From the NCBI GenBank assembly GCA_043228905.1, contig JBHGNT010000008.1, positions 12,586,001-12,650,000 on the forward strand: a stretch of 64,000 nucleotides of DNA. Direction: 5' to 3'. Below are positions 1 to 12,437 of this stretch, piece by piece. The position numbers were made by a program, and so were the translations under genes. The first letter of the stretch is position 1; every line of letters starts with the position of its first letter. The DNA is from Azolla caroliniana. Lineage: Eukaryota > Plantae > Polypodiophyta. The notes under the pieces are model-generated. The model was not told where the DNA came from. It did not search any database and saw nothing but the letters and a program-made list of their open reading frames with translations.

Positions 1-21
1 AAGGATAATGGAGTACTTGAA

Positions 22-3000
22 ATGGAAGAGCAGATTGAAAGTGTTATGGAAGAAATTTCTTTTGCAAATACTTTAGAAGAGTTAGAAATGTATTTGAAAG
101 AAGATGATGAGAATGTTAGAAAGATACATGTAAACTCAATTGATATGTATTATGAGATTGATAGGTATAATTGTAAATATGAAGAAGTAGAAAGTTTATG
201 TAATACAAAATACAAAACAATAGATAAAAAGGTCAAACCTGCTGCAGTACCATTACCTATTGGTAGTGAAGAGAAGATGGAGGCAGCAGCAACCGAGCCT
301 ATGCTTCGACCAATAGAGAAGATCGGACATCACTTCACTTCGGAGACAATAAATAACTTGAGAATTAGAAGGGCTGAATTTCTTCTGCAATCAGAGATCG
401 CGACTTTCAAAGAAATGATCTTTAGGCATGGGAAAGCGTTCGCATTCAAAGCTGAGGAGATTGGTTGTGTAAATCCAAAGGTGGTGACGCCAATGGTAAT
501 ATTTACTATCCCTCATATTCCTTGGAATTTTAAACCTATTGCAGTACCGAGAGCTCGATTACCTCAATTGTTGGAGTTGCTGAAGGATAAAGTCAAGATG
601 AAGATTTTAGAGCCTTCAAATGCACCATACTCCAATAGATGGTTCACAGTTCCAAAGGAAGATGGTTCTCTAAGATTCATTCAAGATCTACAACCAGTCA
701 ACAAAGTCACAATCCGAAATACGGGAATCGGACCGATTGTTGATGAATTTGCGGAAGCGTTTGCTGGAACAACGATTTACTCTATGGGAGACCTATATTC
801 AGGATACGACCAATTTCAACTAGCAATTGATAGTCGCAACATCACAACAATGAAAACACCAATTGGGTTGGTTCGAATGTGCACTCTACCTCAAGGTGCG
901 ACGAATTCGGTTGCTCATATGATGAATGCAATGAACAAAGTTCTACATGAATACATCCCAAAGGTAACTATGCCATTTTTAGATGATATTCCTATTAAGG
1001 GATGCTTAGAAAGAGAGAAAGATGAGACTATGGTTGGAAATGGTTGCAGAAAGTTTGTGATGGATCACATTAATGACTGTGAAAGTATTTTAAATAAGCT
1101 TGAGCAGGTACATTTGACACTATCAGGAACAAAGTCTTGCTTTGGGCAAAACGAAGTTCTAATAGTTGGTCATATGTGTGGGTGGTATGGGAGGAAGCCT
1201 TCACCGATCAAAATTAACGCAATACAAAATATGAAGGAAGTTTGCGACTCGGTAACAGAGGTGAGAAGATTTTTGGGTGCATGTGTGTTTTATCATATTT
1301 GGTTACCACACTTTGCACATGTCTCAGATCCTCTCTACCAACTTTTAAGAAAAGGAAAGAAATTTATTTGGACTGATGAACATACACAAGTTGTTCAACA
1401 GCTGAAAGAAGCATTACTGAAAGCACCAGTTCTTCGTCAACCAGACTACAAAGGTGAAAGACCAATTATAGTGACAGTTGATACTAGCCCAATCGGGATC
1501 GGTTGGGTTATCAACCAAGAAGATGAAGACCAACATCGATATGCTATCAGATTTGGAGCAAAGATATTAAATGAAAGACAAAGAAACTATGCACAAGTTA
1601 AACGAGAATTGTGGGGTTTGCTTACTGCATTAAAAACAGATAGAGATTACTTGATCGGAGCAGATGTAGTGGTTGAAACAGATTGTTTGCCACTCATTGG
1701 AATGATAGCAAGTTGCACGACACCAGATATTGCAATGCTTCGGTGGATTGCATACATCAGAACCATGAACCCAGAATTGCGGCATATAAAGGGGAAAGAC
1801 AACCCAGTTGCAGATATGCTGTCAAGGGCAAGGTTCATAAATGAAAAGGTGGTGCAAACTGAAGATATGAACTGGGCAACTACAAGCCATCAATTTGCTC
1901 ATCAAGAATCTATTACGCCTCATGATGAGTTTAATGTAAGTATAATGTTCAAAGACACAGATTATGAAGGTCAATGGTTAGAAATAGGAAATTTTCTAAA
2001 GACTCAAGAAGCCAACCCATCATGGTCGAAGAAACAATTAAATGAATTTCGAAGACGAGCATTCAAGTTTTTTTTACATGAAGGGCATTTATGGAGGCGT
2101 CCAAAAAGGCCAACCGAAAATCCTCTTCAAGTCATTTGTAAGGATGACATTAAGAGAAAATTAATTAATGAATTCCATGATAGTTTGTGGGCAGGACATA
2201 GAGGCATATGGGCGACATTTATGAAGTTGAAAGAAAAGTATTGGTGGCCACATATGTATAAAGATGTAACGAAATTTGTGTAAACCTGTGAGGTTTGCCA
2301 GAGGTATTCAACTATCCGGTATCGAGATGAGCTAAAACCAACATATTCATCATCAATGCATTATAAATGGATGGTCGATCTAGTGACAATGCCACTTGGG
2401 GAAGGTCAAATGCGATATTTAGTACTAGCAAGAGAAGACCTTACAAACCAAGTAGAAGGAAGACCACTACGACAAAAAACAACTAGAGCTGTATGTAAAT
2501 TTTTGTTAGAAGATGTAATATGTTGTTATGGGTGTGTAGGTAAAATAATTGCAGATAGAGGAGAACTCGACACTGATGAAGCTAGAGAATTCTTCAGCTG
2601 AATAGGGGTCAAATTATCACTTACAACTGCGTATAATCCAGAAGCCAATGGAAAGATTGAAAGAGGACATAGCCCAATAGTTAAGGCGATCGTGAAAAGC
2701 TGTAAAGGTAAAATAAGAGATTGGCAACGCATGCTACCTTATGCACTATGGGCGGATCGAACAACTCATAGTTCAGTAACAGGATACATGCCAGCTGAAT
2801 TGATACTTGGCCAAAAGCCCATCATGCCGATAGAAGAATCAATTATGTCATGGATATCTATTCCATGGAGAGAAGAGGTGAGCAGAGAAGAATTACTTGC
2901 TTTGCGAATTCAACAATTAGAGCATCGACCTGAAGATATAGAAATAGCAGCCCAACGATTGAAGGAGGCTCAACTAAAGAATAAAATCCGTTTTGATAAA

Positions 3001-3276
3001 AGTCATAGAATTCGACCTAAGAAAATAGAAGAAGGAGATTGGGTGCTCGTGTATGATAGCAGTTTAGATAATCAACATAGCACCGTCCGCAAGTTCGCTG
3101 AAAGATGGTTTGGGCCTTATATAGTAAGAAAAGTATATGATAACTTTACTTATAAGCTTAGTGAATTGGATGGGACACTAATCCTAAACGTGGTAGCTGG
3201 AAAGAGGATAAAAGTATTTAAGAAAAGGTTTGAGCTTGAACCTCCTCCGATAGATCAACATGAAGATGAAAGATAG
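22..3276 (+). pseudogene. pol: Gypsy A pol (RT, RNase H, integrase) with premature stops at about 2281 and 2599
   Basis: RT motifs LPQGATNS and FLDD; RNase H VTVDTS; integrase HHCC (HDSLWAGH..C..C), core, and C-terminal WFGPY; no chromodomain. Confidence 0.93.
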
Positions 3277-3316
3277 TGGCACATGCCGGAGGATGTGCAG
3301 GTCTAGAGGGGGTGGA

Positions 3317-4433
3317 TGTCGTGAAGTACGAAAGCTTCACATTAAAAGTCTACAATAAGATAAATACGTAACTAAAATAACATTTGATCATGTTTTATAT
3401 ATAAAGATAATATTAACAACACATATGATAATATTATATATATGTAAAGAAAAATAATATATATATATAGATAAATATATTATATTACACGAACAAGAGA
3501 GGACTTGAACCAATAACCCCACCCTATGACTCTCAAATCTTACCATTTACTCTATACTAGTAATATACATAAAATAAAGCTTTATATTACATAAAGGATT
3601 TGCTTCATGATATAAAAATAAAGTTGTATGTTTTAGTATTTTGAGATTTGAACCGACAACCTCATACATCAAAGTCAACACACCTACCATTAGGCTAGGC
3701 CCTTTCTCTTTAGGATTATATTTTCATGTTTATTCTTATTGCATATATTGTTTCATACATAAAAGCTCAAAATGAGCGAGATGTTTATCATGCATCACAT
3801 GTAATGCATGAACGCCAAATGGCGATCATGCATCACATGCATTTCATGCACTACATGCATGACTTGTACCCTCCAATGCATCATATGCATGGGGGCACCT
3901 ATTTAAATGGTGAAAGAGAAGATCAAAGGGAGATATGTATGAGATATCAATCAAATTATGTATTACATAAGAGATACCATAAAAATAGAGAAAGAAGGGA
4001 AGAAGTTGAACATAAACATGGAGCTCTAGCTTGGCGGTCGTGGTGGTCAACTCTCAACAAGAGGGAGGCGGTTCGAGCCTTATCTTCATCAAAATATTGA
4101 AGTGAAGATTGTAGTGGTCTACGATCAAGAAAGAGAAGAGCGATTACCTTGCAAGACAAAGTTCAGAGGTTCAACGACGTGCACAATCATTTTGTAACTC
4201 TTTCATGAAAATGATTATAAATTTCATACACTTTCTCATATATTATTTTATATATTATCTTGTCTTATCTTATATTCCTTAAAAATCCTGTTTTGTCATA
4301 TCTTATTGATCTCTATTAACTCCATCTGTACTCTTTTGTCTCTTCCATCCATAATCCTAGTGATTCCTTCCTCACTTTCACGTTATCCTTTGTGTGCGCA
4401 ACGCTACGCTTCTAGGCGAGCCACGTCACGACA
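3317..4433 (+). repeat. 3' LTR of Gypsy A (1117 bp), same family as LTR 61208-62302
   Basis: 7-bp terminal inverted repeat TGTCGTG/CACGACA; colinear similarity to 61208-62302. Confidence 0.95.
3495..3700 (-). promoter_or_regulatory. Two tandem tRNA-like A-box/B-box modules in LTR A
   Basis: Minus strand: TAGAGTAAATGG..31 nt..GGTTCAAGTCC (3554-3501) and TAGCCTAATGG..32 nt..GGTTCAAATCT (3697-3644); the second has D-stem gcct/aggt. Confidence 0.7.
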
Positions 4434-4481
4434 GCGACACCCGAATCGACACACAGAGACTTCCCGTCGTGGGAGCAATCG

Positions 4482-7130
4482 GTGAGCAGGTTATTATACT
4501 GCTTCGTGTCGCGTGTGGGCGAACAACTATTGAGCTATGTTCGGGATGCAAAGATGCCGAAGGGTGCGTGGGAAAATCTGAATAAGATTTTCGCCGCGAG
4601 CACCACAGCTAGGAAGCTTCAGCTCCGACAGGAGTTGAGCAACCTACGACAACGCGACTTGTCGGTGGCGGACTATACCTCGAAGATCAAGGATATTTGC
4701 GACTCCCTCGCCTCCATAGAGGTGAACATCGAGGAGAGCGAGATGGTCCAGATCTGTCTCGGAGGTTTGGCGTTGAAGTTCGGAGCGTTCCAAACGGCTG
4801 TGTGTACCCGGGAGAATACACCGTCCTTTTTCGACTTACAGTCAATGCTCCTGGTAGAGGAGAACCATGCGGGTGCGTCTACAAGCACGCACACCGACAA
4901 CAGAATGCTGTACACGGAGGGAGATAGGCCCCGTGGACGTGGAGGACGAGGCGAGTCGGGGTGCAATGGAGGCGGCCGACGAGATCAAGGAAGAAGGCAC
5001 CGAAGTGATGCCGACAGCAAGTCCGGACCCTCCGGAAACAGGGGGAGTCGAAGCGATGAGAACCGGCAAGGGAAGGCCATCGCGGAGTGCTGGTACTATG
5101 GCAAGAAAGGCCACAGGGAAAGTGAGTGCTGGAAGAAGCGCGCCGATTCGGAGAGAACCGGTTCCGGAAACGGCTCCGGACATACCGACAAGGGAAATCG
5201 GCAGCGATCGCACTACGCCGAAGACTCCGGGAGAGCCGGAGAAGGGTCTGCCTTCGTGACGAGACACGAAGCAAACTCAATGAAATGGACCACCCCGACA
5301 TTGGACGAGGTGTGGAACGTAGACTCCGGCGCGTCAAACCACATGACGAGCCATAAGGAGTGGTTCTCGTACCTTGAAAAACCGATACAACCTGGAGTAG
5401 TCGCAACTGGAGACGACACTCAGCATCCGATCACGAATGTTGGAGAAGTTCCACTTAGCCATGTCGGGCAGAAAGGGAAACTCATGAACATGCTGCACGT
5501 TCCGACAATCACGAAGAACTTGGTCTCGGTCGGATAGATTGTCGACCAAGGGATGGAGGTTCGGTTTACACACCTCGGGTGCTTCATTGAGGAAGAAGGC
5601 CGTGTGATTGCGCAAGGGCGCAAAGACGGGAGGATGTTCATCCTCGACTCCACTGACGGCGGCACCGCAATGTTCGCGAAGGGACAAAAATCCGAGTCGA
5701 ACATCGACTTGTGGCACAAGCGGATAGGCCACGTCAACTACCAGCTGCTTCAAGATCTGCAATCGAAACAGGTAGTGTTCAGTTTGCCCAAATTTAGTGG
5801 CCGAAAGGCACAGATTTGTGAAGCCTGCCAGCTCGGGAAGCAACACCGACTTCCTTTCCCCAACGAGCGAAACCGGAGCCGGAACAAGCTCAACCTTATA
5901 CACTCCGATGTATGGGGGCCGGCACAAAACATTAGTCTTGGCGGGAGCTGATATTTCGTCTCCTTCATCGACGACCACACGCGGCACACGTGGGTCTACC
6001 TCATTGAGAGGAAGAGCGAAGTCTTCGACTGTTTCCGGAACCTCAAAGGGTTCGTGGAAACGGAAACAGGACGAAAGATCAAGTGCCTGCGGTCGGATGG
6101 CGGGAAAGAGTACTTTTCTGGTCAATTCAACGGTTATTTACAACAAATGGGAATTCGGCGTGAATTCAGTTATAGATACACGCCGGAGCAGAACGGCGTG
6201 GCCGAGAGGAAGAATCGGTCAGTTGTGGAAGCGGCACGGGCAATGCTGGAGGAGAAGAGCTTGCCCAAGTTCTACTGGGCCGAGGCGGTAAGGACCGCGG
6301 TATACATCCAGAACCGGATCGGAGACTAAGTGTCGGCGCACGAGCTATATTTCGGAACAAAGCCGAACTTGCGACACTTTGGGGTGTTCGGTAGCATTGC
6401 GTATGTGCATGTACCAAAGGAGAAAAGGAGGAAGCTAGACGCAAAGGCTGAAAAATGCATCTTGGTCGGTTACTTGGACGAGCAGAAGGGTTATAAGTGC
6501 TATAACCCTCGCACCAAACAAGCGCGTGTTAGCCGCGACGTTGTGTTTAACAAGTCCGCGTCCTGGGACCAACCCCCGACTCCGAACCCCGACTCCAATC
6601 CGAGCTCTGACGATGAGGTCAGTGAGGCCGAGATGCCTCCGGATGAGCCCGAAATCGAGACCCATGAAGAGAGTCCGATTTCACTCCGTTTAAGTGGACC
6701 GATTGGACGACTGAGTCGGTTCGACCAGTCCGATGAAGAGCCGGCGAGTAGTGGAGACTCGGCCGTGCATTCCCCGCGCAGGAAGCGAAGGAGACGGCTT
6801 ACGCGCAAAGAGAAAGGGAAGAAGAAGGTGTCGGATTCCGCCATGGATAGGAACGAGTCAGACCTATGCGAGTCCGACTCCGAGGGAACCAGTGACGGGT
6901 CTTTAAAGATGAAGTCCGCGTCGACCGAGAAGGCCTCGACATCGGCTAATGTGAGATTACGCCGATCTACCCGCCAGAAGAATCCTGTTTTGCGGTTCGG
7001 ATATAACGAGTACATGGCGCATCATTATGCGTACATGACCCGTGTAGCGGAAGTGCGTGAGCCGGAGAGCTACGCAGAAGCGGCTACAGACGCGAATTGG
7101 CGTGCCGCGATGGAGGAAGAGATGCACACA
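4482..7130 (+). pseudogene. gag-pol: Copia B1 gag-protease-integrase with stop codons
   Basis: Degenerate zinc knuckle ECWYYGKKGHRESEC; protease VDSGAS; LWHKRIGH..CEAC; integrase LRSDGGKEY and TPEQNGVAER. Confidence 0.93.
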
Positions 7131-7718
7131 TGATGGAAATAAACGACACTTTCCAAACTTCACCTCTCGGCCACAACCAAGGAAACACACGAATCGTTGT
7201 TGCAGAAAATGGGAAATGCAAAAGTAAATAAGAGGACACACGATTTAACGTGGAAAACGCTGTACGGGAAAAACCACGGGAGTACAAGACTCCGAACCAA
7301 AACTATGCACAGAGAAATATACAATGGCGAGCTGCAAGGCGACGACCTTGAGCTCGCTGTCCTCGCCACAGGTGGCGGAATTACACAGAGGCGTCGACCT
7401 CTTCCTCTCTCACGACTGCTCTCTCTTCACTCCTCTTGAGTGGAAAAACAGAAAAATGAGTAGCAACATTAAAACTGTTTGCCCTAAGTCATATTTATAC
7501 ACATATGACTTTCGGGCTATTTACAACTATGGCCTCAAGGGCCCTTGGCAAACATATTCACAGATATGTCCCCGCATCCGGATCTCTCTTCGGGTACATT
7601 CGTCATCCGGCTCCAAAGCCGGGGTCTTCATCATCCGGTTCCGAAACCGCAACCGGGCTTGTCGTCATTCATCTCCGACATCCGACCATCCCATCCGAAA
7701 GGGACCGTAATCCCAACA
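7131..7718 (-). repeat. 3' LTR of Copia C
   Basis: Direct repeat of 11833-12437 with TG..CA ends. Confidence 0.96.
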
Positions 7719-7728
7719 AACTCCCCCT

Positions 7729-10700
7729 TCACTTCGGCATGGGATGTCTCTCCAATCCGATCCTCTTCCGGCATGCTTCCAGCTTGTCGGGCGTGAGCAC
7801 CTTGGTCAGCATATCCGACCCATTCTCGTCCGTGTGGATCTTCGTCAGCACGAACTCCTTGTCTTCTATCCTTTCCCGGATCCAGTGATATCTTCGCTGG
7901 ATGTGCTTCGTCCGGGAGTGATAGGCCGCGTTCTTCGCAAGGTGGATGGCACTCTGACTGTCGCAATAGAGTCGGTACTCCTCCTGCCGGATACCGAGCT
8001 CTCTAATGAAGTCCTTCATTCATATTATTTCCTTGCCGGCTTCAACAGCCGCCATGTACTCCGCCTCCGTGGTTGACAACGCAACCGTCTTCTGCAGCCT
8101 CGACTGCCACGAAACAGCTCCCCCTGCATACGTCATCACATACCCTGATGTGGACCGGCTGGTATCTGCATCAGCCGACATATCCGAATCGGTGAAGCCG
8201 TCGAGTTCGGGTTTACCGGAGCCGAATTGGAGGCACACGTTTGCTGTGCCCTTCAGGTATCGGAGTATCCACTTGGCCGCGTTCCAATGCTCTTTGCCGG
8301 GATTGCTCATGTACCGGCTCACCACTCCGACTGCATATCCTATGTCTGGTCGGGTACACACCATTGCGTACATCAAGCTCCCGACGGCAGAGGCATATGG
8401 TACTTTCATCATGTCCTCCTTCTCAGCCTTTGTCTTGGGGCTTTGCTTGCTGGACAACTTGCAGTTTGCCGGGAGGGTTGACCCGACCGGTCTTGCTTCC
8501 GACATGTTGAACCGGTGAAGCACCTTTGTCACGTACTTCTCCTGTGACAGCCACAACTGCTTCTTCTTCCGGTCCCGGATGATGTGCATCCCTAGTATTT
8601 GCCTCGCCGGACCCAGGTCTTTCATTGAGAAGGTTCGGTGAAGCGCCTTCTTCAGCATCCGTATCTTGACCTGGTCCCGTCCGACGATCAACATGTCGTC
8701 CACGTACAGGAGGAGTATTAGAAAGTCTCCTCCTTCGAACTTCTTCACAAACACGCAGTGATCGGACTGCGTTTTGTGGTACCCTTCGTCTGTCATGAAG
8801 GAGTCGAACTTCCGGTACCATTGCCGGGGAGCCTGCTTCAGACCGTAAAGGCTCTTCTTCAACCGGCATACCAGGTGCTCCTTCCCTTTCTTCTCGAATC
8901 CTTCCGGTTGCTGCATGTAGATCTCTTCTTCGAGGTCACCGTGAAGGAATGCCGTCTTCACGTCCATCTGTTCTACCTCGAGGTCCATGCTTGCCGCTAT
9001 GCTCAGCACCGTCCGGATGGAGGTCATCTTCACTACCGGGGCAAATATCTCGTCGAAGTCGACGCCCTTCTTCTGCTGAAACCCCTTCACCACGATCCTG
9101 GCTTTGTATCTCGGGGGGTTTCCGGCATCTCCCGGTTTCAGCTTGAACACCCACTTGTTACGGAGTGCCCGTTTTCCTTTCGGCAACTCCACAAGTTCAT
9201 ATGTGTGGTTCTCATGCAGGGAATCCATCTTCTCCTGCATGGCACTTAACCACCTGCGGCTATGGGTGTCATGCTTCGCTTCTTCAAAGCTCTCCGGCTC
9301 CCCCTCGTCGGTTAGCAGCACGTGCTCTGGTTCCGGAAATCTCCGGGGAGCCCTTCTCTCTCTTAGAGGATATCTCCGTTCCGGAGCTTCGGTAACCGGT
9401 TCTTCCGATTCTTCTTCATCCGAATCCATTTCGGGATCGGGGCCGGTTCCGGTATCAGTTTCATCTTCCTCGGCCGGTTCTGTTTCTTCACCGTCTTCGG
9501 CCGGATCCTCGAGTGTTAACCGGTCCCTTGCCGGTCGGGACTGCTCCTCGTAGAGTTTATCCTCACCGGTCGACTTGGAACTCTTCATCTTCTTCTCCGA
9601 CTCCCAGTCGGCGAGTGTCTTGTTCTCCATGAAGATGATATCACGACTCCGGAATATCTTCTTGTCGACCGGGTCCCATACTCGGTAGCCGAACTCATCA
9701 TCGCCGTAACCGAGGAATATGCATGGCCGGGTCTTTGGATCTAGCTTTCCTCTCCGGTCCTTTGCCACATGCACGTATGCGAGACACCCGAACACCTTCA
9801 GATGCCGGTAGGACACTTCCTTACCGGTCCACACTCTCTGTGGCGTGTCTCCATCCAGGGGTACTGAGGGTGATCTATTTATGACATATGTCGCCGTCGA
9901 CATTGCCTCAGCCCAAAATCCCTTGGGTAATTTCGCATGCGCCAGCATACTCCGGACCCTCTCCATTATGGTCCGGTTCATCCTCTCGGCCAGCCCGTTC
10001 AGTTCCGGCGTCTTCGGCACAGTAAACTCGAGCCGGATTCCTTTCGAGCGACAGTACTCCGCGAACTGCCCCCGGTATTCCCCTCCGTTATCCGCTCGTA
10101 TCGCTTTCAGCTTCTTGCCGGATTCTCTTTCCACTCTCGCGTGGAGTTCTTTGAAGACGGACAACACTTGGTCCTTTGTCTTCAACGGTGCCGCCCACAG
10201 CTTCCGGCTGTGATCATCAAAGAATGTCACGAAGTACTGGGCTCCGCCATGTGACTTCGTTTCTACCTGACACACATCAGTGTGTACCAACTCCAATGGT
10301 ACACTACGTCTCGTCGGTGGCCTTGAGTGGAAGGAGGTTCGGTTCTGCTTACCGGCCAGGCAATCGGTGCACTTCTCCAGGTGCACATGCTTCACTGGAA
10401 TAAGGTTGTCTTCTGCAAGCCTCTTCATCCCCTTCTCACTCATGTGGCACAGTCTCTTGTGCCACAGCTCACCGGCAGTGTCGGCTGCCACGTTCAACTC
10501 TTCCGGACACAACCGGGCATTCATAAGGTACAGTGTGTTGACTTTCCGGGCCCGAGCCACTATCAGGCTCCCCTTGCTGAACTTCATTACGCCGTTCCGG
10601 ATGCTACCTGTGTAGCCTTCATCGTCTAGCCTCCCGGCCGAAATCAGGTTCAATCGAACCTCCGGAACATGTCAGACATCCTTCAGCAGCATTTTGCATC

Positions 10701-11802
10701 CGGTCGAGGTTGTCAACCACACGTCTCCTATGCTGGCAATCCGGCACGTACCTTCATTTCCCATCCGAACACAGCCATGCTCACCGACTGTGTAGGATGA
10801 GAAGTATCTTCTCTCCGGGGTCAGGTGGAACGATGCTCCGGAATCGACCACCCAGGTCGTCTCATCGCCGGCAATGTTTAGTTCACCTTCTTCGGTGATG
10901 AGCATGATTTCCTCTTCACTTGCCGCGAGTGCCGTCGTTCCTTTCCGGTCCTGCCCTCGCCGATCCGAACCATTTCGGTCCGTGGCTCCCCGGTAAGCAC
11001 CGTTCCGATCCGAAGACTTCTTCGAATCGGTGTTGTCGGCTCCGTTGTCTTTTCGGTAATGCCGACAATTCTTTCGGATGTGCCCCGGCTTCCCACAGTG
11101 GAAGCATGTGGGCCTTCCTCTTGACTGCGACCGGGTCCCCGACTTCTCCCGTCTTTGCGGACTCCGGTTCCGTTGTCTTCCCCGATCTGATTCGGTAAAC
11201 AACATCTTCGGATCGGAGGCCGGTTCTTTATCTCTCCGACGCGCTTCTTCGTTCAAGATACTTGTCTTTACCGTTTGTAGGGACAAGTTATCTTCGGTGC
11301 AGGAGGTTCTGAGAGTCACCACCAAGTTCTCCCAGCTTTCCGGCAATGTACACATCAGAATGATGGCTTGCATTGCATCCTCCAGCGGGAACTTGATCGC
11401 CGCAAGCTGGTTCACGAATCCCATGAACGTGCTTACGTGTTCCACCATACTCTCACCGTCCCGGTACTTGAGGTTCACTATCTTCCTCATCAGGGAGGTC
11501 CGGTTCAACGCATTCTTCCTCTCGTAGAGGCCCGACAGCTTCCGCCACATCTCATATGCGTTGGTGTCGTTCGCCACATGTTGTAGAACGCTCACGTCGA
11601 CGTATTGCCGAATGGTTGCAATGGCTTTCCGGTTCAGAAGCCTCCATTCCGACTCAAGTACCCCCTTCGGTATTTCCGACCTGTCAATCGGTTCGTACAG
11701 GTCCCGAACAATCAGAAGATCCTCCATCTTGATCTTCCAGTCGGCGTAATTCTGCGCATTCAGCACCATCATCCCCGGCTGCCCGCTGCCGCCGCCTTCC
11801 AT
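7729..11802 (-). pseudogene. gag-pol: Copia C gag-pol: a single frame broken by two TGA stops (about 10672 and 8020)
   Basis: Starts MEGGGSGQPG; CFHCGKPGHIRKNC; VDSGAS; integrase; RT YVDD; RNase H to KRIGLERHPMPK; the two stops sit where CGA and TGG are expected. Confidence 0.95.
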
Positions 11803-11832
11803 TTTCTGCAGCAGCTCGCTCTGATACCAAAT

Positions 11833-12437
11833 TGATGGAAATAAACGACACTTTCCAAACTTCACCTCTCGGCCACAACCAAGGAAACACACGAATCGTT
11901 GTTGCAGAAAATGGGAAATGCAAAAAGTAAATAAGAGGACACACGATTTAACGTGGAAAACCCTGTACGGGAAAAACCACGGGAGTGCAAGACTCCGAAC
12001 CAAAACTATGCACAGAGAAATATACAATGGCGAGCTGCAAGGCGACGACCTTGAGCTCGTTGTCCTCGCCACAGGCGGTGGAATTACACAGAGGCGTCGA
12101 CCTCTTCCTCTCTCACGCTCTATCTCTCTCACGGCTGCTCTCTCTTCACTCCTCTTGAGTGGAAAAACAGAAAAATGAGTAGCAACATTAAAACTGTTTG
12201 CCCTAAGTCATATTTATACACATATGACTTTCGGGCTATTTACAACTATAGCCTCAAGGGCCCTTGGCAAACATATTCACAGATATGTCCCCGCATCCGG
12301 ATCTCTCTCCGGGTACATTCGTCATCCGGCTCCGAAGCCGGGGTCTTCATCATCCGGTTCCGAAACCGCAACCGGGCTTGTCGTCATTCATCTCCGACAT
12401 CCGACCATCCCATCCGAAAGGGACCGTAATCCCAACA
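11833..12437 (-). repeat. 5' LTR of Copia C
   Basis: Adjacent to tRNA-iMet PBS; has an extra 16-bp CT-rich unit relative to the 3' LTR. Confidence 0.96.

Larger units (their letters stand above)
1..4433 (+). mobile_element. Ty3/Gypsy element A (3' part), inserted into the gag of Copia B1
   Basis: RT-RH-INT order; PPT gagggggtgga at 3306-3316; LTR tgtcgtg...cacgaca at 3317-4433; Copia gag sequence follows immediately. Confidence 0.95.
7131..12437 (-). mobile_element. Full-length Ty1/Copia element C (Tork/Tnt1-like), young
   Basis: LTRs 11833-12437 (5') and 7131-7718 (3') are near-identical; 5-bp TSD ACACA (7126-7130, 12438-12442); PBS tggtatcagagc at 11818-11829; PPT at 7719-7730. Confidence 0.97.

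Noticed and set aside
3726-4100. His/Met-rich ORF in LTR A (also 61614-61835)
   Set aside because: Translation of the CATGCA motif cluster; length not conserved between copies.
10672-12132. Long N-terminal extension of Copia C gag starting in the LTR
   Set aside because: The frame is open through LTR and PBS by chance; homology with E places the start at MEGG (11802).
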